From contig CAWBMV010000034.1 in assembly GCA_963789955.1 (NCBI GenBank), positions 1,184,001 through 1,248,000 of the forward strand: a stretch of 64,000 nt of DNA, written 5' to 3'. The position numbers and the translations under genes are program-made. The stretch is from an uncultured Candidatus Rokubacteria bacterium (GTDB lineage Bacteria; Methylomirabilota; Methylomirabilia; Rokubacteriales; CSP1-6). This document shows, one piece after another, positions 9,383 to 19,722 of the stretch (the stretch's first letter is position 1; each line of letters begins with the position of its first letter). The notes beneath the pieces were generated by a model, which saw nothing but the letters and a program-made list of their open reading frames with translations, did no database searches and was not told the origin of the DNA.

Positions 9383-11427
9383 GCCCTGGTCTCCCGCTCG
9401 AAACGGAGATTGCCGTACTCGTCGACCTCGCCGCGCCACCCCGGGGGAACGACGGTCGTCGCGCCGAACTCCTCGACGATGGCGGGCCCGCGGAGGTGAG
9501 ACCGCTCGGGAAGCCGCTCTCGCTCCCACACCGCACAGTCGTGCGGCGCTCCTGCGAACCACACTGGACGGCGCCCGACCAGCGCGCCGTCGAGCGAGCT
9601 CTCTGCGCTCTGGTGGCGCTCGCTCGACGGCCTGGGGACGAGGCCGTAGGCCGTCAGTCGCGCGTTGACGAGCTCGATCGTGGCGCCCGGGCTCGAATGC
9701 CCGTATGCGCCGAGGTGCTGGCGGTGGAATGCGGCTTCGATCGTGTCGAGCTCGAGCTCGTTCGCGCCGGAGTCGCCGGCCGCCACGTTCAGCTCGAACG
9801 CCTGACCCTGATAGCGCAGATCGAGCGAGCGGACGAGACGCTGCTCCTGCGCGGTGAATCCTTCCAGGCTCAGCTGGTGGCGCGCGGCGTCCTCCATCTC
9901 CCCGAACAGCTCGACCGCGACCGTGAGGCGATCGCGCAGCGGGCCCACGCGCGTCCTGACGTCGTCGTGCTTGATCTGCGAGGCGAGGAGACCGAGCGCC
10001 GAGAAATTCCCGGGATGGCGGGGCACCAGCACGCGCGGAATCCCGATCTCCTGCGCCAGAGCCAGCGCGTGCATCGGTCCGGCGCCGCCGAAGGCGATCA
10101 GGGTGAAATCGCGCGGATCGTGTCCGCGCTGGATCGAGATCTCGCGGATCGCCGACGTCATTCGCGCGACCGCGATCGTGATGACGCCCTCGGCGAGCGT
10201 CTCGACGGTCATCGAGCGCCCGAGGCGCGTGCCGAGCTCGGCAAGGGCGCGGCGGGCGCCCGCGGCGTCGATGGCGATGCTGCCGCCCAGGCGTTTCGTC
10301 GTCCCGATGCGGCCGAGCACGACGTTCGCGTCCGTCACGGTCGGCTCGGTGCCGCCGAGGCCGTAGGCGACGGGACCCGGCGAGGCGCCGGCGCTGCGGG
10401 GCCCGACTTGAAGGCTTCCGTCGACGTCGAGCCAGGCGATCGAGCCGCCCCCCGCGCCGACGCTGTGCATGTCGAGCTGCGGGACCTTGACCGGAAAGGC
10501 GCCGAGCATACCGTCCGACGTGGTCAGCGGCGCGAGATCGCGCACGAGGCACACGTCGGTCGAGGTGCCGCCCATGTCGTAGGTGATGAAGTCGCGCACG
10601 CCGGCGACCTCGCCCACGAAGCACGCCTGGCTGACGCCGCCGGCCGGGCCCGAGAAGATCGTCTTGATCGGCAGTCGCCGGGCTGTCTCCGTCGTCATCA
10701 TGCCGCCGCTCGAGGCCACGGTGAGGACGCCGTGTGCGTAGCCGGTGGCGCGCAGGCGCTCCTCGAGCCCAGCCAGATAGCCGTCCATGATCGGCTGCAG
10801 ATATGCGTTGAGCACGGTCGTCGAGAAGCGCTCGAACTCACGATACTCGGCGACGACATCGGCGGAGCACGACACGGGCAGTTTCGGGTAGCGCCCCTTC
10901 GCGAGATCGGCGACCGCGCGCTCGTGGGCCGGATTCAGATACGCGTGCAGAAGACAGACCGCGAGCGCCTCGGCGCCCGAGGCCGCGGCGGCGTCGAGCG
11001 CGCGCTCGACACTGGCGGGATCGAGCTCCACCAGCACTCCGCCGTCGGCCGCCAGGCGCTCGACGATCTCGAATCGGTGCTTGCGCTCGACGACCGGCTT
11101 GGGACGCACGAACGTCGGCACGAAGAGCGCCGGAATATTGCGCTTGGTGCGGCCGATCTCGATCAGGTCGCGAAAGCCGGCGGTCGTCAGGATCGCCACC
11201 CGCGCGCCGCGCCGCTCGAGCACGGCGTTGGTCCCGACGGTCGTGCCGTGGACGAGCCGGCGCACGTCACGGCCCGCGATGCCGAGCGCCTGAAGGCCGG
11301 CCAGGACCGCGGCCGCTTCGTTACGAGGCTGTGAAGGGACTTTGGTGACGACGACCTTGCCGGTGGCTTCGTCGACCGCGGTCAGATCGGTGAACGTGCC
11401 GCCGACGTCGATCCCGACTATGAACAT
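9379..11427 (-). CDS. Hydantoinase A/5-oxoprolinase subunit
   Basis: GIDVGGTFTD, HGTTVGTNA, SGPAGG, DMGGTSTD, GAGGGSIA. Confidence 0.93.
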   Translation of the reverse strand: MFIVGIDVGGTFTDLTAVDEATGKVVVTKVPSQPRNEAAAVLAGLQALGIAGRDVRRLVHGTTVGTNAVLERRGARVAILTTAGFRDLIEIGRTKRNIPALFVPTFVRPKPVVERKHRFEIVERLAADGGVLVELDPASVERALDAAAASGAEALAVCLLHAYLNPAHERAVADLAKGRYPKLPVSCSADVVAEYREFERFSTTVLNAYLQPIMDGYLAGLEERLRATGYAHGVLTVASSGGMMTTETARRLPIKTIFSGPAGGVSQACFVGEVAGVRDFITYDMGGTSTDVCLVRDLAPLTTSDGMLGAFPVKVPQLDMHSVGAGGGSIAWLDVDGSLQVGPRSAGASPGPVAYGLGGTEPTVTDANVVLGRIGTTKRLGGSIAIDAAGARRALAELGTRLGRSMTVETLAEGVITIAVARMTSAIREISIQRGHDPRDFTLIAFGGAGPMHALALAQEIGIPRVLVPRHPGNFSALGLLASQIKHDDVRTRVGPLRDRLTVAVELFGEMEDAARHQLSLEGFTAQEQRLVRSLDLRYQGQAFELNVAAGDSGANELELDTIEAAFHRQHLGAYGHSSPGATIELVNARLTAYGLVPRPSSERHQSAESSLDGALVGRRPVWFAGAPHDCAVWERERLPERSHLRGPAIVEEFGATTVVPPGWRGEVDEYGNLRFERETRA

Positions 11428-11543
11428 CCGCGAGGCGCGTACGAGAGTTGTTCGGCGCGGGAGCGTGCGAGTTCCATGGCGGCAGATCGTAGCAGATCGT
11501 GACAGCCTCGTGCGGCTAGCCTGACTCTGCGGACTACCCCACG

Positions 11544-11891
11544 TCAGCGACGCCTGCGCCGTTTGGCCCTGGGGCGCACCGGCCATACTTTGAGGATGAT
11601 GAGCAGCCCCACCGTCCCGAGCACCAGGACCACGCCGAGGAGCAAGAACGGCTGCCACTCCGTGCGCCTCCCGGCCGACACCGTGCGTACCTCGAGCGGT
11701 TGAATCGTTGCCGGAGCGCTGGGCGGATGGCGCTTCTCGATGTCGGAGAGGATGCTCCTGATCTCTTCCTTGGTCTCGCGAGAGGACTCCTCCGACTTGC
11801 TGCTCTCTTGAGCGAACGCCGTTGACACGGTGAGCAGTGTTACGACGACGAACGCCGCCGTGGCGAGTGTTCTGACGGTGCCAAGAGCCAT
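11544..11891 (-). CDS. Hypothetical exported protein with C-terminal TM anchor and basic tail
   Basis: Signal peptide (AFA-QE), C-terminal hydrophobic helix followed by RPRAKRRRRR. Confidence 0.6.
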   Translation of the reverse strand: MALGTVRTLATAAFVVVTLLTVSTAFAQESSKSEESSRETKEEIRSILSDIEKRHPPSAPATIQPLEVRTVSAGRRTEWQPFLLLGVVLVLGTVGLLIILKVWPVRPRAKRRRRR

Positions 11892-12048
11892 GACGTCAAG
11901 CGTACGGCCCGCCGTTTGAAGGGCCAGCCATCTTTCGAGGTACTCGCGGCTGCATCACGACCGAACGAGACCGCTAAGCTTGGTAGTCGGCGCCGACCCC
12001 ACTCGGAGCACGCGAGGTGATAGCATCGGCCAAACAGGGAGGCAACCC

Positions 12049-13393
12049 ATGGCCACGAGCGGCGAGGCGATCAGGCACCTCTGGACCCACAAGACGCAGG
12101 ATCATCCCTGGCTCGCCGACGAGGAGCTCGTGATCGAGCGCGCCGAGGGCGTCTACGTCTGGACCGAGCGCGGCAAGAAGCTCATCGACGGCTTCGCCGG
12201 CCTCGCCGTGGTCAACGTCGGTCACGGCCGGCGCGAGATCGCCGAAGCGATCGCCGAGCAGACCGTGCGCCTGGCCTACTACCCGACGACTCGCCAGTTC
12301 TCGAACCGCCCGGCCGCGGAGCTGGCCGCCAAGCTCGCCCGCCTCACGCCGGGCGATCTGGACTACTCGTTCTTCGCGGTCAGCGGGGCCGAGGCCAACG
12401 AGCGCGCCATGCAGATGGCCCGCCACTACTGGCTCGCCTCCGGCAAGCCCGGCAAGCACAAGGTCATCTCGCTGCAGGGCGGCTACCACGGCGGGACGAC
12501 CGGCACCTTCGCGGTCTGCGGGCTGCCGCATCTGACCGCGGCGTACACCGAGCTTCACGTGCCGGGCTTCGCGAAGGTCACGCCGCCGTACCCGTACCGA
12601 GATCGGGGAACCGGGCACCGACGACGAGCTGGTCAAGCGCCGCGCGCGCGAGCTGCGCGAGGCGATCGTGAAGGAAGGGCCGGAGACGGTGTCCGCGGTC
12701 ATCATGGAGCCGGTGATCTCCTCCGGCGGCTTCATCATGCCGCCGATCGGCTGGCTGCGCGCCGTGCGCGCGATCTGCGACGAGCTCGAGGTGCTGATGA
12801 TCGCCGACGAGGTCATCACCGGGTTCGGCCGTACCGGCCGATGGTTCGCCGTCGAGCACGACGGAATCGTCCCCGACCTGATGACCGTGGCCAAGGGCAT
12901 CACCTCCGGCTACATCCCGCTCTCGGCCGCCATCGCGCGGGGTCGGCTCGCGGACGCGTTCCCCGACGACGCCAAGGAGGAGAACGTGCACCCCGGCACG
13001 TACGCGGCGCACCCGGTCGCGTGCGCGGCGGCGCTCGCCAACATCCAGATCATGGAGAAGGACCACCTGATCGAGAACGCCGAGGCGATGGGCGCGCGGC
13101 TCCGCGACGGGCTCCAGCAGGCGGTCGGCAAGAAGCGGATCGTCGGCGAAGTGCGCGGGCGCGGGCTCCTGGTGTGCGCCGAGCTCGTGGAGCCCGACGG
13201 CTCCGGCCGGCCGCTCGACAAGAACAAAGTGGCGAGGCTCGACCGCATGGCGTGGGATCGCGGCGCGATCGTCTACGCGCGCGGCCAGGTCGTCAGGCTC
13301 GCACCGCCGCTCTGCATCACGCCCGCGGAAGTCGACCAGCTCGTGGACGTCGTGGCGGCGAGCATCGGCGAGCTCGAAGCCGAGCTCGTCTAG
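12049..13393 (+). CDS. Class III PLP aminotransferase (frameshift near 12610)
   Basis: [33 protein letters not shown]. Confidence 0.9.
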
Positions 13394-13415
13394 CCCCGAC
13401 TCGCGAGGCGGGAGG

Positions 13416-15067
13416 GTGGTGGACCCCCGCGCTGGAATGCCCGCGGAGCCAGCCATGCTGGCGAACATTCCGCGGCTGATGACGGCGTACTACACGACGC
13501 GGCCTGATCCCTCGCGGCGCGAGCAGAGGGTGGCCTTCGGCACGTCCGGCCATCGCGGCTCGGCGCTCGTCGGCTCGTTCAACGAGGCCCACATCCTCGC
13601 GATCACCCAGGCCATCTGCGAATACCGCCGACGGCAGGACATCGACGGCCCCCTGTTCCTCGGGATCGATACGCACGCCCTCTCGGAGTCGGCCTTCGCC
13701 AGCGCCCTCGAGGTGCTGGCGGCCCACGGGGTCGAGGTCATGATCGACGACCGTGACGGGTACACGCCCACGCCCGTCATCTCGCACGCGATCCTGACGT
13801 ACAACCGCGGCCGCACGAGCGGTCTCGCCGACGGCATCGTCGTGACGCCCTCGCACAACCCGCCCGAGGACGGCGGCTTCAAGTACAACCCGCCGCACGG
13901 CGGACCCGCCGACACTCACGTGACCGGATGGATCCAGGATCGGGCGAACGCGCTCCTCGCCGACGGTCTCGCGGAGGTGGAACGCGTCACGTTCGAGCGC
14001 GCGCGCCGCGCGTCGACGACGCACCGCTTCGACTACATGGGCGCCTACGTCGCCGATCTGGGAAACGTGGTGGATCTGGACATCGTGCGCGGCGCCCAGC
14101 TCAGCCTCGCGGTCGATCCGCTCGGGGGCGCGGGCGTGCACTACTGGTCGATGATCGGTGACCGCTATCGCTTACCGCTGACGGTGGTGAGCGACGTCGT
14201 CGATCCGACCTTCGCGTTCATGACGGTCGACTGGGACGGCAAGATCCGGATGGACTGCTCGTCGCCCTATGCGATGCGGCGACTCATCGGGCTCAAGGAT
14301 CGCTTCGACGTCGCGTGGGCGTGCGATACCGATCACGATCGGCACGGCATCGTGGCGCGAAGCGTCGGGCTCATGAACCCGAACCACTATCTCGCCGTGG
14401 CGATCTCCTACCTGTTCAGCCATCGGCCCGCCTGGCCGCGAGGCGCCGGAATCGGCAAGACGCTCGTGAGCAGCAGCATGATCGATCGGGTCGCCGCCCG
14501 GCTCGGGCGTCCGCTGCTGGAGGTGCCCGTCGGGTTCAAGTGGTTCGTCGACGGGCTCCTCGCCGCGTCGCTCGGGTTCGGGGGCGAGGAGAGCGCAGGG
14601 GCCTCGTTCCTCCGCCGCGACGGCACGGTGTGGACCACCGACAAGGACGGGATCGTTCTCGGCCTCCTTTCCGCGGAGATGACCGCGGTGACCGGGCGCG
14701 ACCCCGGCGAGCTCTACCGCGAGCTCACGGTGGAATTCGGCGAGTGCGCCTACGAGCGGATCGACGCGCCGGCGACGCCCGAGCAGAAGGCGCGGCTCGC
14801 CGAGGCTGTCGCCGGAGCAGATCACGGCCTCCGAGCTCGCGGGTGAGCGGATCACGGCGCGGCTCACGACGGCGCCGGGGAACAACGCGCCCATCGGCGG
14901 GTTGAAAGTGGTCGCTCCGAGCGGCTGGTTCGCAGCACGGCCCTCGGGCACCGAAGATGTCTACAAGCTCTACGCGGAGAGCTTCAAAGGGAAGCGACCA
15001 TCTGCATCGGATCCAGAAGGAGGCGCTGGCGGTCATTCAGAACGTTATCCGCGAGGGCGAGAGCTAA
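13416..15067 (+). CDS. pgm: Phosphoglucomutase (frameshifts in 3' part)
   Basis: [45 protein letters not shown]. Confidence 0.93.
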
Positions 15068-15122
15068 GTCTTCGGGCCGATCGCGCCGGTCCGTCTCCGC
15101 AACATCCTCCCGCACTGCTTAG

Positions 15123-15165
15123 TGGTCAATACAGCACAGACTCCACAAGGCGAAGAGCGTACTCC
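15123..15165 (+). promoter_or_regulatory. Crp/Fnr-type box (TGGTC-AATACA-GCACA) with -10-like TACTCC
   Basis: Matches the island motif in reverse orientation; TA dinucleotide starts 37 nt after box start. Confidence 0.55.
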
Positions 15166-15228
15166 TTAGTTGGGCCCATCTGACGTCAGGCAGGCCTGGG
15201 ACGACCATTCCCGCTAGCTAAAGGATGA

Positions 15229-15948
15229 GTGATGAAACCACTGGGGGACCGGACGAGAGGTAGTGACCGCGCGCTGTATCGGCGCTTTGGCGCGGCGCTG
15301 GTGATCCTGGTGACCGCGGTTCCGCTCGGCACGCAGCCTGCCCGTTCCGGGGACGCAGTTCAGGCTGTGCAGCCGAGCGCGGTCGCGAGTCGCGTCCGCC
15401 CCCTCGACCTCGTCAAGTCGTCCGTCTCGCAGGTGCTGGCGGCCGTTCAATCACAGACGCCCGCCGGCAGCGAGAGCACCAGCCGCCGGACCGAGATTCG
15501 GCGGGTGGCGGACGCGTTGTTCGACTTCAACGAGATGGCTCGGCTGGCCTTGTCCCGGCACTGGAGCGCCCAGTCGCCGAGGGACCAGGACGAGTTCGTT
15601 CGACTGTTTACCGCGCTGCTGGAACGGTCCTATCTGTCGACGATCGAGAACTACGCTGGAGAGCGGATCGCGTTCCTGGGCGAGTCGATCAACGGCTCGT
15701 ACGCGCAGGTGCGATCCCGGATCACGACCGATCGCCGAGTGGAGATCTCGATCGACTACCGTCTCATCGACAGGGGCGATCGATGGGAGGTGTACGACGT
15801 GGTGCTCGACAACGTGAGCCTCGTCTCGAACTACCGGAGTCAGTTCAATTCGATCATCCGGACGTCGTCCTTCGGGGATCTGTTGACGAGGCTTCGGAAC
15901 AAGCAGATCGACGCGCATGTGATTCCGCGAGTCGGTCGCGGGTCGTGA
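15229..15948 (+). CDS. mlaC: MlaC/Ttg2D (HpnM-like) lipid-binding periplasmic protein, copy 1
   Basis: FDFNEMARLAL, IDYRL, WEVYDVVLDNVSLVSNYRSQF. Confidence 0.85.
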   Translation: MMKPLGDRTRGSDRALYRRFGAALVILVTAVPLGTQPARSGDAVQAVQPSAVASRVRPLDLVKSSVSQVLAAVQSQTPAGSESTSRRTEIRRVADALFDFNEMARLALSRHWSAQSPRDQDEFVRLFTALLERSYLSTIENYAGERIAFLGESINGSYAQVRSRITTDRRVEISIDYRLIDRGDRWEVYDVVLDNVSLVSNYRSQFNSIIRTSSFGDLLTRLRNKQIDAHVIPRVGRGS

Positions 15949-15994
15949 CGACCTTGACATCCGCCCGATCGAAAAGACACACGGAGAGAGCTAC

Positions 15995-16183
15995 ATGAGC
16001 CTGCTCGGAGTCGTCCTCACATTGGTCGTGGTCGGAGTTCTGCTCTGGTTGCTCAACAACTACGTGCCGATGGATTCGAAGATCAAGTCGATCGTCAACG
16101 TGGTCGTCGTCGTCGTCGTCGTCGTCTGGCTCCTGCAGGGCTTCGGGCTGCTCGGCTCATTGCAGAACATCCGCATGAGATAG
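15995..16183 (+). CDS. Small two-TM membrane protein (Thivi_2564-like)
   Basis: LVVVGVLLWLLNNYVPMDSKIKSIVNVVVV pattern; RBS GGAGAG. Confidence 0.8.
   Translation: MSLLGVVLTLVVVGVLLWLLNNYVPMDSKIKSIVNVVVVVVVVVWLLQGFGLLGSLQNIRMR
16103..16126 (+). repeat. (GTC)8 in-frame microsatellite encoding poly-Val
   Basis: Read directly. Confidence 0.9.
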
Positions 16184-16227
16184 CGGGCCCCTGAGGTCAT
16201 CGGGCGCGAAGAGAGCTGGTGATAGGC

Positions 16228-16296
16228 ATGTGGATGGCGTTCGCGATCGGGGTGACTGGTGTGCTGTTGCTCAAGATGTTCGTGCTGCGATTCTGA
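16228..16296 (+). CDS. Putative 22-aa single-TM micro-protein
   Basis: MWMAFAIGVTGVLLLKMFVLRF*, between two other micro-membrane genes. Confidence 0.35.
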   Translation: MWMAFAIGVTGVLLLKMFVLRF

Positions 16297-16384
16297 CGAG
16301 CCCGGCCCCTGTTTCGACCCGCGGGGTGCGATGGCATCAGCGGGTCAAGGGCCAGGACGTCAGGGGAGAGAGAAGGAGAGTGTC

Positions 16385-16534
16385 ATGTTGTGGACAGTTG
16401 CGGTGATTCTGTTGGTGCTGTGGGCGCTCGGGATGGGCACTGCGTACACGGGCGGCGGGTTGGTCCATGTCCTGCTCGTGATCGCGGCTATTGTCGTCGC
16501 ATTCCAGTTTCTAGGGGGTCGCCGGATCGTCTGA
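16385..16534 (+). CDS. lmo0937/DUF5670-like small membrane protein
   Basis: MLWTVAVILLVLWALG...GGLVHVLLVIA; RBS AAGGAG. Confidence 0.85.
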   Translation: MLWTVAVILLVLWALGMGTAYTGGGLVHVLLVIAAIVVAFQFLGGRRIV

Positions 16535-16673
16535 CGACGCCTCGGTGCGTGCGCGGTCGAGCGCCGCAGTAGGGACGTAGCGAGAAGCGTCGAGGATCCC
16601 GGCGACAAGACAACGACGAGTCGCCGGCGAGTAGGTCGCGTTAAACCACGTGTGTTGTGAGGAGAATCGGACT

Positions 16674-17235
16674 ATGCGGTACGGTACTACGATGACGGCA
16701 GCGATCTTGATGACCCTTGTCGTTGCGGCCCCGCTGGCAGCGGGCGCAGCCGACGAGAAGGCCCAGACCACGACGCAAGAAGTCACGACGATGGCCAGCG
16801 ATAGCTGGCTCACCTCCAAGACCAAGATCTCGCTCTTCGCCGACGAACGGGTGAAGATGACCCAGATCAGCGTCGACACCACCAAGGGTGTCGTCCATCT
16901 CCGCGGCAAGGTCGACTCCGCCGAGGCCAAGAGCGCCGCCGGCGACGTCGCGCAAGGGATCGAGGGTGTGAAGTCCGTGAAGAACGATCTCCAGGTGGTG
17001 ACGCCGGCGGCCCGCCAGGCGGTGGACGCCAACGATAAGGACATCGCAAAGGCCGTCGAGACCCGGTTCGGCAAGGATTCGCAGCTCAAGATGGTGGATG
17101 TCCGCACCGACTCCGGTGTCGTCACATTGACCGGTCAGGTGGCGACCATCGGCGCCAGCGCCAAGGCCTCCGAGATGGCGCGCGGCGTTGCCGGGCGTGA
17201 AGTCGGTCAAGAACGAGCTCGCCTTCGCGAAGTAG
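16674..17235 (+). CDS. Dual BON-domain (OsmY-like) protein
   Basis: DSWLTSKTKISL, GVVHLRGKV, GVKSVKNDL, second BON domain; terminal indel near 17195. Confidence 0.88.
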
Positions 17236-17425
17236 AGAACTAGCGGGCTAGGCAGTCGGAACGGGAGAGCAGTGACGGCGCCCGCCGTTCGGCAGCGACG
17301 TGAAGGGGCTGCGACGGCGGGCGTACTCGCATATGCGCTACACACGGTGGACTACATGGCGAGCGAGATCCGTCGCCCAGATGGTGGCGCCGGCGCAGAC
17401 CACAAAAGGATCGGGAACTTGGCGA

Positions 17426-17902
17426 ATGAAGACCCTGGAAGTTGGCAGCGGTCGCGATGGCTCTCGTGATTGTCACCGTGGTTGCGACGGGCCTCGTCGT
17501 GGCGAACTGGCGCGACAAGAAGATGGTTGACGTCAGCCCGGGCCGCGCGACGCTGAGCGTGGCAAGCCCATCGGCGGGACCGGCGGCACCGACGACAGCG
17601 GGCGTCCCGACGCAATCGGCGGTCGACGCGTGCAACCAGTCCGCAGCGGCCCAGGCCGGCCAGCGTGAGAACACCAGATACCGTGATCGCCGGCGCGATC
17701 GGCGCAGTCGCGGGTGCCGCAGTCGGCGCGGCGGGCGGCGCCGTCGTTGCCGGCGGGAGCGGTGCCGGCAAGGGCGCGGTCATCGGTGGCCTCGTGGGCG
17801 CAGGGGGCGGGACGCTCTGGCCTGAACGAGAACAAGAAGCACGACGAGAGCTACCGCAATGCCTACGCAGCCTGCATGCACTCGCGCGGCTACACGGGGT
17901 GA
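17426..17902 (+). CDS. Glycine-zipper membrane protein (frameshifted)
   Basis: TM helix, AVDACNQ, GAIGAVAGAAVGAAGG zipper, YRNAYAACMHSRGY. Confidence 0.7.
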
Positions 17903-18033
17903 GGGGCAGCTTCAACCGGACCGGCCGACATAACATGCCGGATTCGTTCGACTATTGACGCCGTGTGAGGCGCTGGGCTAGACTCTAGCCTTGACCCGTA
18001 TCGAATCCCTGCTCATATAAGAGGGAGCAATAC

Positions 18034-18684
18034 ATGGCCAAAAAAAAGACGCGCCACTCGATCTCAGGACGTACCTTGCGAAGGCCCGCGGGGGAACCAC
18101 CAAGGACTTTCGAAAGAAAGCCACCGTCTTCACGCAGGGCAGTACCCGCGGACGCGGTCTTTTACATCGAGAAGGGCAAGGTGAAGCTGACGGTCCTGTC
18201 CACGCGCGGAAAGGAAGCGGTCGTCGCAATCTTGGGGAGCGGCGATTTCTTTGGTGAAGGGTGCCTCGCGGGACAGCCGCTTCGCATGGCCACGGCGACC
18301 GCGATGACCGAGTGCTCGATCCTTCGGCTTCAAAAAGAAACCATGGTCCGGATGCTCCACAATGAGCCCGCATTGTCCGAGCTCTTCATGGCGTACCTGC
18401 TCTCCCGGAATGTGCGGATCGAAGAGGACCTGGTCGATCAGCTGTTCAATTCCAGTGAGAAGCGGCTGGCGCGGATTCTGTTGTTGCTGACCCGCTTCGG
18501 CAAAGACGGGCAACATGAGCCCGTCGTGCCCAAGATCAGTCAGGAAACCCTGGCCGAAATGGTCGGGACGACGCGGTCCCGAGTCAGTTTCTTCATGAAC
18601 AAGTTTCGGAAGCTGGGCTTCATTGAATACAACGGCGGCTTGAACGTTCATAGCTCCCTCCTGAATATCGTCCTCCACGACTAG
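18034..18684 (+). CDS. Crp/Fnr family transcriptional regulator, copy 1
   Basis: cNMP-binding FFGEGCLAGQPLRMATA and HTH ISQETLAEMVGTTRSRVS; 5' indels. Confidence 0.93.
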   Translation: MAKKKTRHSISGRTLRRPAGEPPRTFERKPPSSRRAVPADAVFYIEKGKVKLTVLSTRGKEAVVAILGSGDFFGEGCLAGQPLRMATATAMTECSILRLQKETMVRMLHNEPALSELFMAYLLSRNVRIEEDLVDQLFNSSEKRLARILLLLTRFGKDGQHEPVVPKISQETLAEMVGTTRSRVSFFMNKFRKLGFIEYNGGLNVHSSLLNIVLHD

Positions 18685-18722
18685 AGGGCGTCAGACCGGT
18701 CCTCCCTCCTAAGTAGAAGACC

Positions 18723-18775
18723 TGAGCAATTCTGCTCAGACAGCAGAACCTGAGTGGTCGACCCTGTGATGCATG
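18723..18775 (+). promoter_or_regulatory. Crp-type box (TGAGC-AATTCT-GCTCA, perfectly inverted arms), -10 GACCCT, ATG near +1
   Basis: Perfect 5-6-5 inverted repeat 38 nt after the crp stop. Confidence 0.75.
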
Positions 18776-18902
18776 GCGCGACGTGTCTCGCAAACCCTGG
18801 AAATGGGGCACGGGCCCGGGACGATTCGCGCAGGACACCTGCGCGCCGAGACCCCGGTGAATCTGGCGTGTTTACCTGCTGCCGACATCTGCGAGGGCCA
18901 CC

Positions 18903-19157
18903 ATGCAAGTCGAAGCTCTTCGTCTCTTCATCCGGGAGAAGCTCCAAGACGGCCGTCTACCTCACGAGCAGATCTCACAGGTGCAAAGCCGTCCAGCCGA
19001 CGGACAGAAATGCGACGCCTGCGAGAAGCTCATTACGATGGCCCAGTTCGTGGTGACGGGGACCACCCTCGCGGGTCGGGGATCCATTCAGTTGCACGTC
19101 GAATGCTTCCAGCTCTGGGACGACGAGAGGTCCGCGCGGAGGTCGAAAACCGCGTGA
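18903..19157 (+). CDS. Small CxxC...HxxC putative zinc-binding protein, paralog 1
   Basis: CDACEKLIT...LHVECFQLW; paralog at 25463; RBS GAGGG. Confidence 0.75.
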   Translation: MQVEALRLFIREKLQDGRLPHEQISQVQSRPADGQKCDACEKLITMAQFVVTGTTLAGRGSIQLHVECFQLWDDERSARRSKTA

Positions 19158-19197
19158 GCAATATTGACCAGTCTTCGCGTGCCGGCGCGGATAGAGT
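19155..19197 (+). promoter_or_regulatory. Crp-type box (TGAGC-AATATT-GACCA) with -10 TAGAGT
   Basis: -10 begins exactly 37 nt after box start. Confidence 0.7.
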
Positions 19198-19229
19198 CTC
19201 CCTTCAAGAGGACGTCAAGGGGGTGAGGC

Positions 19230-19670
19230 ATGACGACTCCCGTAACGTGGCTCAATGAAGGCTCTCGCCTTGATGGTGTCCGGGTGCTGGTCGTCGACGA
19301 CGCGCGCAACGTGCGAGAGGTCGTGAGTGACATCCTCACGCATGATGGCGCCACGGTCACCGCGGTCGATTCCGCCGAGGAGGCGCTCGCCGCGCTGCAG
19401 AGGGAGCGCCCGGACGTGCTCCTGAGCGACCTCGCGATGCCCGGAAAGGGTGGCTACTGGCTGATCGGGCAGGTTCGGGCGCTCCCGCCTGAGCGTGGTG
19501 GAGTTACCCCCGCCGCGGCCCTGACGGCTTACACCGGTCCCGAACACCGCGCGAGCGTCCTGAGAGCAGGGTTCCAGCTCCATGTGGAGAAGCCCATCGG
19601 TCTCGATGCGTTGATCGGGGTCGTGGCGATGCTGGCGCCGAAGGAACGCGCCGTAGCACCCAGGTTGTGA
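19230..19670 (+). CDS. Stand-alone response regulator receiver
   Basis: VLVVDD, SDLAMPG, ALTAY, HVEKP. Confidence 0.9.
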   Translation: MTTPVTWLNEGSRLDGVRVLVVDDARNVREVVSDILTHDGATVTAVDSAEEALAALQRERPDVLLSDLAMPGKGGYWLIGQVRALPPERGGVTPAAALTAYTGPEHRASVLRAGFQLHVEKPIGLDALIGVVAMLAPKERAVAPRL

Positions 19671-19722
19671 CGCCCGCGGACGAGCCGTTCGAGCCGACTC
19701 CTCAGTCGGCGTAGATCACAAC

